Assembly: GCA_024277355.1 (NCBI GenBank)
Contig: JAJRVL010000011.1
Span: 34,155 to 98,154 of the forward strand
DNA length: 64,000 bases
Origin: an archaeon
GTDB taxonomy: Archaea > Iainarchaeota > Iainarchaeia > Iainarchaeales > 1-14-0-10-31-34
Reading direction: 5' to 3'
Each line of letters starts with the position of its first letter. The first letter of the stretch is position 1. The notes beneath the pieces are model-generated. The model ran no database searches. It was not told where the DNA came from and saw nothing but the letters and a program-made list of their open reading frames with translations. Of the stretch, positions 10,595 to 20,659 are shown in pieces. The position numbers and the translations under genes are program-made.

Positions 10595-11581
10595 TTACAC
10601 CTTTTTAATTAAATCAAGCAATCTTGCAGAATAACCCCATTCATTGTCATACCAGGACATAACTCTAACCATATTTTTGTTTACTACCTGAGTTAAATCT
10701 GAATCAACAATACTTGAATGAGAATTTCCTAAAATATCATGAGAAACAATTGGAGCAGTAGAATATTCCAGAATTCCTTTCAGATAAGTTTCAGATGCTT
10801 TTTTAAATGCAGCATTAACTTCTTCTTTTGTTGTTTCTTTTTTAACTAAACAAACAAAATCAGTCATTGAACCATTTGGAACAGGAACTCTTAATGAAAC
10901 TCCGTCCATTTTTCCTGCTAATATAGGCAAAACTTTTCCTGCTGCTTTAGTTGCTCCAGTGGTAGTTGGAATAATCGATAAAGAAGCAGCTCTTGCTCTT
11001 CTTAAATCTTTATGGGCAAAATCTAATAATCTTTGGTCATTAGTATAAGCATGAATTGTATTCATCATTCCTGAAACAATGCCAAATTCTTTTTCTAATA
11101 CTGCAGCTACAGGAGCTAAACAATTTGTTGTACAAGAAGCATTAGAATAAGTGTTTTTGTCTTTGGCAATTTTTTCGTCATTTACTCCAAAAACAACTGT
11201 TGCATCAACATCATCTGATGGAGCTGAAACAATTACTTTTTTTGCGCCTGCGTTTAAATGCTGATTAAAGTCTTCTTTTTTCCTGAATCTTCCGGTGCAT
11301 TCTAATACTACATCAATATTTAATTCTTTCCAGGGAAGTTTTTCAGGATCTGCTATTGCAAAAGATTTAATGTTTCTTTTTCCAATTACAATACTTTCAT
11401 CAGTAAAAGAAACTTCTTCTGGATAAACACCATAAACTGAATCATATTTGAATAAATGAGCTAAAGTTTTATTATCAGTTAAGTCATTTATTGCAACCCA
11501 TTCAATATCATTTCTTTTTAGTCCTTCTCTTAAGACAACTCTTCCAATTCTTCCAAAACCATTTATTGCAACTCTAATCAT
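10595..11581 (-). CDS. gap: glyceraldehyde-3-phosphate dehydrogenase, type I (bacterial/eukaryotic type)
   Basis: 328 aa. NGFGRIGR Rossmann motif and ASCTTNCLAP active-site motif. Confidence 0.9.
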   Translation of the reverse strand: MIRVAINGFGRIGRVVLREGLKRNDIEWVAINDLTDNKTLAHLFKYDSVYGVYPEEVSFTDESIVIGKRNIKSFAIADPEKLPWKELNIDVVLECTGRFRKKEDFNQHLNAGAKKVIVSAPSDDVDATVVFGVNDEKIAKDKNTYSNASCTTNCLAPVAAVLEKEFGIVSGMMNTIHAYTNDQRLLDFAHKDLRRARAASLSIIPTTTGATKAAGKVLPILAGKMDGVSLRVPVPNGSMTDFVCLVKKETTKEEVNAAFKKASETYLKGILEYSTAPIVSHDILGNSHSSIVDSDLTQVVNKNMVRVMSWYDNEWGYSARLLDLIKKV

Positions 11582-11763
11582 TTAAAGCCCCCTAAACAAA
11601 AATAATTCTTTAATTCACTTTTTTTAACCCTTTTTTCTTTTGGGCAACTTGCACTTTTCTTTTTCGGAAAAAAGAAAAGGACAGATTCATAAAAATTGTG
11701 AACAATAAGAAAATTAAAGAATAAGTGTTTAAAAACAAAAGGAAGGTGCTACATAATAAATAT

Positions 11764-12672
11764 TTATTCTGCGAATTGCTCGTATTCTTCTGAATTAAAC
11801 CTGTATAAAAATCGCTTGATTTTTGAATTTTTAAAAGAATATTTTTCTATTACTTTTTCTTTTTTTCCTGAGAATTCCTCAAAAGGTGTTTTTTGTGAGG
11901 GGTCAAACAAATAAAAATTATTTTTGTATTCTGTAATTACAAAAGTATGAGTAGATAAATTTTCCAGTTCTGCTACAACAACAAAAGCTTTTTCATCTCC
12001 TAAAGCATAAAGCAAAGTACATAAAAAAACCGCAATGTCTTCATCATCTGCAATTTTATGTCTTAATATTTCTGAAGGAGCCATCCAATAATTGATTTTT
12101 AAATTTGATTCAACAAAAGAAATTTCTTTTACAACAAAGTCAAACGCTTCTTTTGCAATAGTTAAATAATTTTTTTCAAAAGAATAATCAGAAGAAATTA
12201 ATTCAGCTAAAATTGCCTGAATGCTTAAATCATCAGGATCAATTAATCCTTTGATTTCTCCAATAGTTTTCTCTTCTTTTTCATTTATTATTTCAGTGTA
12301 TTTTTCAAGCAAAAAAGAATAAAGCTTGAATTTAAGTTCTTTTTCTTTTTGTTTGTAATCTATTTCTGAAACTGATCCTAAAGCCTGCCTTAATTTAGAA
12401 TATTTTTCATATAAATCATTGTATTGAGATTGTTTTTTTGCTAATTCTAATTCAAAAACAGCAGTTGATTTTTTTGGTTTAGGAAACTGAATTTCATTTA
12501 ACTTTAATTTTAATTTAGCTAATTTAACTTCAAGTTCAGGTTTAGATAAATCATCTGCTTTTTTCAAAGAAGATTCTAATTCTTCAATTTTTTTCCATAA
12601 TTCCTGTTCTTCTATTGCCTTTGATTTAACTGGGAACATTAAATAAAAGCCCACAGAGAATGATTTAAACAT
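11764..12672 (-). CDS. coiled-coil protein with C-terminal transglutaminase-like (Cys-His-Asp) domain
   Basis: 302 aa. Core IAVFLCTLLYALG ... THTFVITEY ... FYLFDP fits the transglutaminase-like cysteine protease fold. Confidence 0.45.
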   Translation of the reverse strand: MFKSFSVGFYLMFPVKSKAIEEQELWKKIEELESSLKKADDLSKPELEVKLAKLKLKLNEIQFPKPKKSTAVFELELAKKQSQYNDLYEKYSKLRQALGSVSEIDYKQKEKELKFKLYSFLLEKYTEIINEKEEKTIGEIKGLIDPDDLSIQAILAELISSDYSFEKNYLTIAKEAFDFVVKEISFVESNLKINYWMAPSEILRHKIADDEDIAVFLCTLLYALGDEKAFVVVAELENLSTHTFVITEYKNNFYLFDPSQKTPFEEFSGKKEKVIEKYSFKNSKIKRFLYRFNSEEYEQFAE

Positions 12673-12793
12673 AACGAAAAGCGAGAAAATTCGTTGATTG
12701 ACGAAAACGGGCTTTAATTGGCGCGGTTTGCTTTTTTAGCTGAAAAGGTTTTTATTAGACAAGTGTGTTCTATTAAAGTAAAATGGTGATTTT

Positions 12794-13192
12794 TTGAAGG
12801 GACAAATTTCAATTGAATATCTTACTTTAACTGCAATTGTTCTCCTTATTGTAGGAGTAATGTTTGTTTTTGCAATAACAACTGTAAATGAAAACGCAAG
12901 ACTTAATTCAGCTTATTATGCTACAAGAGAATTAGCTAATGCAGCAGATGAAGTAAGTACTAGAAATGGAAGCACTATTGTGGTTGAAATTGAACTGCCT
13001 TCAGATGTAACTTCTTTTTCAACTTTTGGGACAGACATTACAATTGAAATGACGTCTCTTTTAAATTCATTTCAGGTTTTTGATTCAAGCAAGGCATCAT
13101 TACAGCCGACAAATTTTTCCACTTCAGAAGGAACTCATTTTATTGCAGTGAATTCAACTGATTCAAATATCACTTTTACTGAACTTAATTAA
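12794..13192 (+). CDS. archaeal type IV pilin-like protein (class III signal peptide)
   Basis: TTG start. MKGQISIEYLTLTAIVLLIVGVMFV has a KG/Q cleavage motif with E at +5, followed by a hydrophobic helix. Confidence 0.6.
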   Translation: MKGQISIEYLTLTAIVLLIVGVMFVFAITTVNENARLNSAYYATRELANAADEVSTRNGSTIVVEIELPSDVTSFSTFGTDITIEMTSLLNSFQVFDSSKASLQPTNFSTSEGTHFIAVNSTDSNITFTELN

Positions 13193-13203
13193 AGGGATTA
13201 TAA

Positions 13204-13560
13204 ATGAAAGGGCAGGTTTCAATGGAAGTAATTATTGGAGCAATAATTTTATTGCTTGTATTGGTTTTTATCTGGATTTACAGTATTCAAACAAATGAAG
13301 GAATTGATGCATTAAAAAATTCAGTTGAATCAAAATCTTACTGCAGAGAAATTGCAGATACAATTAGTTCAGTTTATGCTTCAGGAACAAAAACTACAAT
13401 AGAATTTTATTCAGAAAAAGACTTTAATTTAAGCAATGGAATGGTTGATGTTAATGGTTTTCTCTGCAGTTATTATGCTGAAGCAGAAGAAAAATTTATA
13501 GCAAAAGGAAACATAAGAATAAAAGATTTGAACGGGGTTGTCGTGATTGAAAATATTTAA
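13204..13560 (+). CDS. archaeal type IV pilin-like protein (class III signal peptide)
   Basis: MKGQVSMEVIIGAIILLLVLVFIWI has the same class III signal architecture. Confidence 0.6.
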   Translation: MKGQVSMEVIIGAIILLLVLVFIWIYSIQTNEGIDALKNSVESKSYCREIADTISSVYASGTKTTIEFYSEKDFNLSNGMVDVNGFLCSYYAEAEEKFIAKGNIRIKDLNGVVVIENI

Positions 13561-14116
13561 GAGAAAATGCTCGGCTGAGCAAAGCGAATGCCGTGCACCG
13601 TCACACCCGAGCGGAATCGGGTCGCGAGCGAAATCGCGAGGGCAGTCAAGTTTAATTGATTTAGTTATTGGGTTTTTTATTTTTGCTTTGATTCTTGCTT
13701 CAATTATGGGAACTATAAATAAAAATACAAAAGATTTCACTAGAAATTCAGAAATAGATGAAATAAATCATGATTCTTTTTTTTCAGTAAAAGAATTAAC
13801 TGAAACAAAAGGTTTTCCTGAAAACTGGGAAATATTAGATGAAAATTCAGTTGAAAAAATAGGTTTAATTGAAAGGAGAAATACAATAAGTGAAGACAAA
13901 GTTGTTGCTTTTTCTAATATGACTTACAGCAAAACAAAAGAACTACTTAAAATAGAAGGATATGATTATTATTTTGTATTAAACGGAGTAGATAATATTA
14001 CTGCAGGAATAAATCCTGTTGGGCAAACAAAATATTCAATTATTACTAAAAGAATTGTAAATTATAAAGGAAGTGAAGCTGAAATTGAATTCAGATTATA
14101 TGAACTCTGGGAATAA
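13547..14116 (+). CDS. pilin-like protein with unusual GC-rich 5' segment
   Basis: The ORF reads through a ~80-nt 66%-GC island, then RGQSSLIDLVIGFFIFALILASIMG, a class III signal-like motif. The true start is uncertain (TTG in the track). Confidence 0.4.
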   Translation: MKIFKRKCSAEQSECRAPSHPSGIGSRAKSRGQSSLIDLVIGFFIFALILASIMGTINKNTKDFTRNSEIDEINHDSFFSVKELTETKGFPENWEILDENSVEKIGLIERRNTISEDKVVAFSNMTYSKTKELLKIEGYDYYFVLNGVDNITAGINPVGQTKYSIITKRIVNYKGSEAEIEFRLYELWE

Positions 14117-16820
14117 AGGATTTACTTTTACTTTAGATTCAATTCTTGCCTTGCTTATAGTTTCAGGAATAGTTATTTCTTCAGGATTATTTTTTACTGA
14201 AGAAAAAACTGAAATTAATTTAAGCCAGGAATTAAATGATTCATTTAATGCAATGGAAGAAACAGGTTATTTGATTAGTCAAGTGGATACAAATGTTTCT
14301 GGTTCAGCACAAAATATTTACAATAAATTAATTGGTTTTTTTCCTGACAGAATTGACTTTAATGTAACTGTAAAAGAATTAGACTTAAATAATACAAACT
14401 GCAGAGCAACACCAACTTTTAACGGCTGTTTTACTGATTCAAATGAATTTACTTTTGGTTCAAGTGTTCCAACAGACAAAACAATTTTTTATGGAAAAAA
14501 ATTAATAATAAAAAAACAACCTCCAGGAGAATGCGATACAAATATGCTTGGATTAGCAGAATATCCTTTTACATTTTATGAAAAAAACGATATCTTGTTT
14601 TTTGCGGGATCTGGAGATTTAAATTTTGTTTTTGATGTAAATGTAACTCCTTCAACTGAAATTGAATGCGACCAGAACATTACAATAGATTTAAGTGCAG
14701 CATTTCCTCCGGGTTATAGAAGACCTGTGGACATAATGCTTGTAATAGACAAAAGCGGTTCAATGAGCTGGGGGGGAAGATATGATACAAGCAGTGCAAG
14801 AGGAATAGATTTAGATGGAAATTATGCATATATTGCAGATTATAGCAATGGAATAAGAAGTTTTGATATTAGTGTTCCTTTAGTTCCTCAGTATTTGGAT
14901 AGATATGATACTTACAGAGCATATGATGTTTTTGTTGATGGAAGTGAAGCTTATTTGGCAGATTATTCATCTGGAATACGGTCAATTGATGTAAGCGATC
15001 CAAATAATATGAGTCAGGATGACAGAGTTGATTTATCTGTAAATTATTCTTTTGGAATAACAGTTAATGGAAATTATGCTTTTGCAGGCAATGGTTCAAG
15101 AGGAGTTGATTCCTATGACATAAGCAACCCAAACAACATGAATCAATTAGACAGATATAATACGCCTGGAACTGCAAGAGGAATTGATGCAAACGGAGAC
15201 TATGTTTATGTTGCAGATGGAGGAAGAGGATTAAGAGTATTAAATGCCTCAGATCCAAATGATTTATCTAATGAAGATTCTTTGGATTTAGGAGGATATG
15301 CTTATGATGTAAGAAATGTTGGAGATTATGCTTTTGTTGCAAATGGTTCAAGAGGATTAGATATTTTTGATGTAAGTGATCCTTCAGACATCAGTTCAAG
15401 AGGGCGGTATAATACTGCTGGAACTTCTTATGGAATTGATGTTGTTGGAAATACAGCTTATATTGCTGACGGAGGAGGAGGATTATATTCAATTGATATT
15501 AGTGATGTTGACAATCCTTCTTTAATTAAGAGATATGATACTCCTTATACTTATTATGATGTAAGAGTGAAAAATGGTTATGCTTTTATTGCAGCAGGAA
15601 ACATGGGGTTAATTACTTTGGATTTAACTTCAGGAACAAAAATGGATGCAGTTCATGCTTCAGCTAATGCTTTTGTTGACTTTAATGAATGGACTGATAA
15701 TGATCAAATGGGAATTGCAAGTTTTAATACAAGTTCAACTTTGGATTCACAATTACTAAAATTAGATGACACAAACAAAACACAATTGAAAAATGATATT
15801 AATGCAATAACTCCTGGCGGAGGAACAAACATTGAAGAAGGAATAAGAGAAGCAACAGATGAATTAATTTCAAGCAGAGCAGATCCTTATGCAATAAAAT
15901 TTATGGTGTTGCTTTCAGACGGAGTATCAACTTCAGGAGATTCACTTGATGCAGCACAAGATGCAAATGCAGAAGGAATAACAATTTATACAATTGGATT
16001 TGGCGGAGATGTAAGTGAATCAGAACTGCAGAATATTGCTAATGCAACTGATGGAAATTATTATTTTGCTTCAGATGCAAATACATTAATAGACATCTAT
16101 AATATTATTGCAGATAAAATTCAGGCTCAAGCAACTGATTCAAATGTAACAATTGTTGTTCCAAGTAATGTAACAATAATTAATGACGGAAACGCATCAA
16201 TAATTGACGGCAATTTAGTTTTTGATTCAGGAAATATTACTCCTGATACTCCCTGGCAGGGAAGTTATATCATTAATATTCCTTGTGATTCAAATTTAAG
16301 CTGCGACACTGCTTCAATTACTTTTCCCGGCCAAGGAAGCTTTTTGTCTTATGTTGATGTAAACGGAGTAACACAAACAGTTGACTGGAATAGTTTTACT
16401 GTTCCAATTCCATTTAAGAAAAGAGACATTACAGTTGAAATTACTAGTGGAGAATTGTTATCTGAAACAGATATTTTTATTGATGTAAATGTATCAAATA
16501 TTGGGGATTTAAATACCGGAACAACAGACTTAAATTTTTATTTAGGAAATGATTCAATCTGCAGTATTGGAGCAGGAAGAACTCTTTTGTCAAATCATTA
16601 TTTAGTTCCGGAATTATGCGGAAGCAATGATGAAAACTGTTCTTTTTCTACAACGCTTTATTTGGATGAATATATGTTAAGTCAGGGAATAATTTGTGCT
16701 GAAGTTAATCCTGACAGAAATTTAAAAGAATGTCCAAATAATAATCTTGATTCAATTCACTGTTATTTAGCTCCAAAAACACAGTTTTATGTAATTGAAT
16801 ACAGAGGATGGATTAAATGA
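14100..16820 (+). CDS. large pilin-led cell-surface adhesin: vWA domain interrupted by a 7-blade LVIVD beta-propeller, plus C-terminal CARDB-like beta-sandwich domains
   Basis: Likely start MNSGNKGFTFTLDSILALLIVSG (pilin-like N-terminus; track start is 14073). MIDAS DIMLVIDKSGSMS at ~14730, then 7 LVIVD-type repeats (GIDxxGNYAYIADxxxGIRSFDISDPNN), then the rest of a vWA fold (FMVLLSDG, ITIYTIGFGG). Many N-x-S/T sequons. Confidence 0.7.
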   Translation: MNSGNKGFTFTLDSILALLIVSGIVISSGLFFTEEKTEINLSQELNDSFNAMEETGYLISQVDTNVSGSAQNIYNKLIGFFPDRIDFNVTVKELDLNNTNCRATPTFNGCFTDSNEFTFGSSVPTDKTIFYGKKLIIKKQPPGECDTNMLGLAEYPFTFYEKNDILFFAGSGDLNFVFDVNVTPSTEIECDQNITIDLSAAFPPGYRRPVDIMLVIDKSGSMSWGGRYDTSSARGIDLDGNYAYIADYSNGIRSFDISVPLVPQYLDRYDTYRAYDVFVDGSEAYLADYSSGIRSIDVSDPNNMSQDDRVDLSVNYSFGITVNGNYAFAGNGSRGVDSYDISNPNNMNQLDRYNTPGTARGIDANGDYVYVADGGRGLRVLNASDPNDLSNEDSLDLGGYAYDVRNVGDYAFVANGSRGLDIFDVSDPSDISSRGRYNTAGTSYGIDVVGNTAYIADGGGGLYSIDISDVDNPSLIKRYDTPYTYYDVRVKNGYAFIAAGNMGLITLDLTSGTKMDAVHASANAFVDFNEWTDNDQMGIASFNTSSTLDSQLLKLDDTNKTQLKNDINAITPGGGTNIEEGIREATDELISSRADPYAIKFMVLLSDGVSTSGDSLDAAQDANAEGITIYTIGFGGDVSESELQNIANATDGNYYFASDANTLIDIYNIIADKIQAQATDSNVTIVVPSNVTIINDGNASIIDGNLVFDSGNITPDTPWQGSYIINIPCDSNLSCDTASITFPGQGSFLSYVDVNGVTQTVDWNSFTVPIPFKKRDITVEITSGELLSETDIFIDVNVSNIGDLNTGTTDLNFYLGNDSICSIGAGRTLLSNHYLVPELCGSNDENCSFSTTLYLDEYMLSQGIICAEVNPDRNLKECPNNNLDSIHCYLAPKTQFYVIEYRGWIK
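14794..15640 (+). repeat. seven tandem LVIVD-type repeats (~126 nt each) inside the adhesin gene
   Basis: Repeated peptide pattern Y(A/D)V...G(N/D)YA(Y/F)(I/V)A(D/N)G..G(I/L)...D(I/V)SDP. Confidence 0.6.
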
Positions 16821-17776
16821 AAAATAAAGGAATCTTTTTTCTTTTAATGGGATTAATTCTTTCTCTTTTAGTTTTGGGTTTTGGATTTAAAATAAACCAG
16901 CAGTATCTTGAAGCAGAAAAAAAATCATTTAATTCAAATGCATTACAACAAGTTAAAAACAAATACTCAAATATTAATTCAGTTAAAGACTTTTACAGAG
17001 AAGGAACAATAAAAACTTATTTTGAAAGAATTGTTCCGATTACTTATTCGGTTGATGAAAATACAATAAGCATTACTCAACAGCTTCCGATAAAAAAAGC
17101 TTTAGTGCGAAATTTTTTTGATTTTGTTAATGCATTTGAAATTTTCACTGAAACAACTGATTCATTAGTTTATGACGGAATAGATGTTGAAATTGAAACT
17201 GTTCAAAACAGTTTATGGGGAGGAACAGATGAAAACATTGTTTTAATGATTAAACCTCAATGCAAAAAATATTCAATTACAGATTATAATTCAATGCATT
17301 TTTATGGTTCAAATGAATGCGACAATGCTTTTGATATCAGTTTAATTGAAAGAATTGACATAAATATTACTGTAAGTTCAGATGATGATTTTAACAGATT
17401 ATCCTGTAATTTCGGAGGCGATTTAGTCTGTTATCAGGAAACTTATGTGCCTGCAAACCCAAATCCATTTATTGAAATAAACTTGATTGATTCAGCCTGC
17501 CCTAATTGCGATTTAAATTCAGATACAAGAACAATAAAAAAACATTTTACTCCTACTTCTGCAAACACAGTAATTTTTTCATGTTCAGGAACATGCACTT
17601 CTCTTCCAATAGAAATATTATTTAATGAAAATAATACTGAAATAAGGCATTCAGGAACAACAATAAGTGTTAAAACTGAATTTTTGTTTACAGACAAAAT
17701 AACTGAATTTGAATTAAATGATTTAAACATAAGTTTAACTGACTCAAAATTTAGTATAACAAAAACAAATAAGTGA
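16817..17776 (+). CDS. hypothetical pilus-associated protein with N-terminal hydrophobic anchor (minor pilin-like)
   Basis: 319 aa. MKNKGIFFLLMGLILSLLVLGF N-terminus, Cys-containing body. ATGA overlap with the adhesin. Confidence 0.4.
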   Translation: MKNKGIFFLLMGLILSLLVLGFGFKINQQYLEAEKKSFNSNALQQVKNKYSNINSVKDFYREGTIKTYFERIVPITYSVDENTISITQQLPIKKALVRNFFDFVNAFEIFTETTDSLVYDGIDVEIETVQNSLWGGTDENIVLMIKPQCKKYSITDYNSMHFYGSNECDNAFDISLIERIDINITVSSDDDFNRLSCNFGGDLVCYQETYVPANPNPFIEINLIDSACPNCDLNSDTRTIKKHFTPTSANTVIFSCSGTCTSLPIEILFNENNTEIRHSGTTISVKTEFLFTDKITEFELNDLNISLTDSKFSITKTNK

Positions 17777-17780
17777 AAAA

Positions 17781-18842
17781 ATGAATGCCATGAATTTAAT
17801 TTCAATAATTGCTTCAATAGCAATAATAATTGCAGTGTTTTTTGTCGCTAATGAAAACATTGTTAATTTTGAAAACACAAAAACACAAATAGAAATTCAA
17901 TCAAAAGAAAACTTTGAACAAGGAGAAAATGCAGAATTTATAATAAACATAGAAAGCGGAAAAGAAATAACAAAAATAATTTATATTTCTCCCACAAAAA
18001 GAGAAGAAAAAAATTGCGGAAAAAAAACATGCGTTTTGACTTTTAAGGAAATATTTACAGAAAAAGGAGTTTTTTTTATTGAAATAAAAGTTGAAATAGG
18101 AAAAGAAACATTCAGTGAAAAAAAGAAAGTTTATGTAAATGCCGCAGGAAAAAAATGTTCTGATGGAACTGCTTTTGGGTTATGCTCTTTAAACAAACCA
18201 CAATACTGCAATAACGGCAAACTTGAATATAACTGTGAAAAATGCGGATGTGAACAAGGAGAATGCATTAATAATAAATGCAGTTATTCAGGAACAACTG
18301 AAATTACAGGAATTTCACTTGAAAGAACATTTTTTGAGCCAAATCAGGAAGTGAAAATTAATTTAAATTCAAAAGAAAATAGTTTAGTTAATGTTGTAAT
18401 TGAATGGAAAAAAGACAATAAAACAGAAAAAACAGAAACAAAAAATACTTCATTAAATTATGTTCTGTCAGTTTCTCCGCCAAAAGAAGGAGTATATGAA
18501 TTAAACTTAGTTTTTGAAGAAAAAGTTTTTTCAGTTGAAAACATAACAATAAGAAATGACTCAACACCCCCAAAAACACCTGAAGGAATTATTGCAAGCA
18601 AAAGAAACGGAAAAATACTTATTGCATGGAATCCAAATACTGAAGCTGATTTAATGGAATACAGAATTTACAGGAGTAAAGAAGATAATCAGGCGTTTAC
18701 AACTTATACTATGGCAGAAACTGCATCAAAAAATGAAACCGGGAAAGAACTTGAAATATGGTCAACAAATTATTTTTACATTACTTCAGTTGACTATTAC
18801 GGCAATACATCAAAGCCAAGTGCAATAATTGAAGCAACGTGA
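17781..18842 (+). CDS. hypothetical surface protein, N-terminal TM anchor, Cys-rich middle, FN3-like C-terminal domain
   Basis: 353 aa. C-terminus PPKTPEGIIASKRNGKILIAWNPN...YRIYRS...YFYITSVDYYGNTSKPS resembles a fibronectin type III domain. Confidence 0.4.
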   Translation: MNAMNLISIIASIAIIIAVFFVANENIVNFENTKTQIEIQSKENFEQGENAEFIINIESGKEITKIIYISPTKREEKNCGKKTCVLTFKEIFTEKGVFFIEIKVEIGKETFSEKKKVYVNAAGKKCSDGTAFGLCSLNKPQYCNNGKLEYNCEKCGCEQGECINNKCSYSGTTEITGISLERTFFEPNQEVKINLNSKENSLVNVVIEWKKDNKTEKTETKNTSLNYVLSVSPPKEGVYELNLVFEEKVFSVENITIRNDSTPPKTPEGIIASKRNGKILIAWNPNTEADLMEYRIYRSKEDNQAFTTYTMAETASKNETGKELEIWSTNYFYITSVDYYGNTSKPSAIIEAT

Positions 18843-18888
18843 AAATTAAAAAGAATAAATAACTAAATATAACAACAGGTAATTAAAA

Positions 18889-20655
18889 ATGGAAAAAGAA
18901 CAGCAGAAAAAAAATTTATTAATAAGCAAAATGCTTGAAGCAAAAAGAATAGAATTAGGAATCATAGAAAACCAGTTATTATACAAACTAAAAATTTTAT
19001 TTAAAAAACCTGAAAAAACTAAAAGCCAAAAAATAAATGAACTAAAAAAAAGTCTTGAAAAAAAAGAAACAGACGAACTTGAATTAATGCTTGTTGAAAA
19101 AGAACACGCATTAATAAAACTTGAAACAACAGTAAAAGAAAAAAAAGACAAAGAAAAATTAAAAGAAGTAATAAAACTAGTTGAAAAAATAAAAAACAGT
19201 GAAGGCGAAAGAGGCAAAATAGGAATGGAAATAGGCTTAAAAAGAAAAGAAATAAAAGAACTCAAAAAAGAAGTAGAACAGAAATTAAAAGATATAACCA
19301 GAGAAAAAACTATTCTGACTCCAAAAAAGAAAAAAATTAAGAAAACAGAAATAAAAAAAGGAAAAAAAACTAAAAAGAAAAAAGAAAAGAATTCTTCAAC
19401 TCTTCTAAAAAAAAGAAAAAAAGAAAAAGTTTCAGGTTCATCCAGAAAATTAAAGAAAAAAACTAAAATAGAAATGAAAAAACCAAAAATTTCTTTTTCT
19501 TCACCTGAAGAAGAATTAAAAGCAAAAAGAGAACAAGAAGTAAAAGAAAAAAGGAAAAAAGCCATGGCTGCATTTCATCAGAATTTTACTTCAGGAAACG
19601 AAACTTTAATTAACATTAAAGGAAACGCTCAAATAGTTTCAGGAACAAGAGGCACAGGAACAACAGGAATAAACAATAAAGAAACAGCAAAACAAACTGA
19701 ATATGCTGAAAGCAGAAAAAATGAAGAACTTGAATTTGACATACAGAAAACAAAAGAAAAAATAAAGAACTTAAAATCCGCTTTTTTCCACAGACAAATA
19801 AATGAAGAAACATACAAGAAAAAACAGTTTGAATACCAAGAAGAATTAAGCTCACTTGAAATGGAAAAAAAAAGGCCAAAAAAAAGAAGTTTTGCTCCTG
19901 TTCAAAAAACAGAATCTGTTTCAGCTTATGCAGGATTAAAAACAGTTCAGGATGAAAGCGTTCAGTTTGCAACAAAACACACTCAAAAAAGCAGAGCAAA
20001 AGTAAAAAATGCATTAAAGAGATTTAAAAAAGAATTTAATGCAGGTTCAAAAACAAAAGCCAATTTAGATTCCGAAGAAAAAACACGTGTTAAAACTGAA
20101 CCAGAAGAAATAAAACCAACCGGAATAATAAAAAGACTTGCTCCTGGAACAAGCCAGGAAAAAGAAATGGAAATGGAAAAAAAGCTTTATAGGGTAATGC
20201 AAAAAAATCAGATTGACCAAAGCAGGATTAGAAGAGAATTTGAATTTGTTTCAGCTAAAGATTTAATGAAAAGGTTTGACAAAATACTTGATGTAATTGA
20301 CAACAAGTATTCTCAAACAGAAAAACCTGCAGAAAAAGAAGAAAAGCCATTTGAAGAAGGATTGTATGTAACAAACAAACAAACTTCCCAAAAAACAGGA
20401 GAAATAAGAGACATAAAAGAAAAAATAATAGTAACTGATTTTGACAGATTACTTGAATTAGTAAATAAAAAAGGAAAAGTAAACGAAAAAGAAGCAGAAA
20501 AAACACTTAAATTAAGTCCAGAAAGAATAAAAGAATGTTATACTGTATTAGAAAAGAATGACTTAATTAGAATAGAATACCCTATGTTTGGAGGAACACA
20601 AATTTTTTCAAAAAATTTTGTTGAACCAAAAAAAATTAAAAAGAAAAAAAAGTGA
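18889..20655 (+). CDS. Lys/Glu-rich coiled-coil protein with low-complexity poly-K linker and C-terminal winged-helix-like domain
   Basis: 588 aa. Long KKKK-rich tract. C-terminus IIVTDFDRLLELVNKKGKVNEKEAEKTLKLSPERIKECYTVLEKNDLIRIEY. It lies between pilin genes and the pilus ATPase. Confidence 0.4.
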   Translation: MEKEQQKKNLLISKMLEAKRIELGIIENQLLYKLKILFKKPEKTKSQKINELKKSLEKKETDELELMLVEKEHALIKLETTVKEKKDKEKLKEVIKLVEKIKNSEGERGKIGMEIGLKRKEIKELKKEVEQKLKDITREKTILTPKKKKIKKTEIKKGKKTKKKKEKNSSTLLKKRKKEKVSGSSRKLKKKTKIEMKKPKISFSSPEEELKAKREQEVKEKRKKAMAAFHQNFTSGNETLINIKGNAQIVSGTRGTGTTGINNKETAKQTEYAESRKNEELEFDIQKTKEKIKNLKSAFFHRQINEETYKKKQFEYQEELSSLEMEKKRPKKRSFAPVQKTESVSAYAGLKTVQDESVQFATKHTQKSRAKVKNALKRFKKEFNAGSKTKANLDSEEKTRVKTEPEEIKPTGIIKRLAPGTSQEKEMEMEKKLYRVMQKNQIDQSRIRREFEFVSAKDLMKRFDKILDVIDNKYSQTEKPAEKEEKPFEEGLYVTNKQTSQKTGEIRDIKEKIIVTDFDRLLELVNKKGKVNEKEAEKTLKLSPERIKECYTVLEKNDLIRIEYPMFGGTQIFSKNFVEPKKIKKKKK

Positions 20656-20659
20656 TTAA

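Noticed and set aside
13566-13650. GC-rich island as a tRNA or split-tRNA half
   Set aside because: I could not fold it into a cloverleaf (no T-loop TTCRANY, no 7-bp acceptor pairing), so I keep it only as an unexplained GC-rich element.
18889-20655. K/E-rich protein as a FlaH/KaiC-like pilus component
   Set aside because: It has no Walker motifs and is coiled-coil plus low-complexity only.
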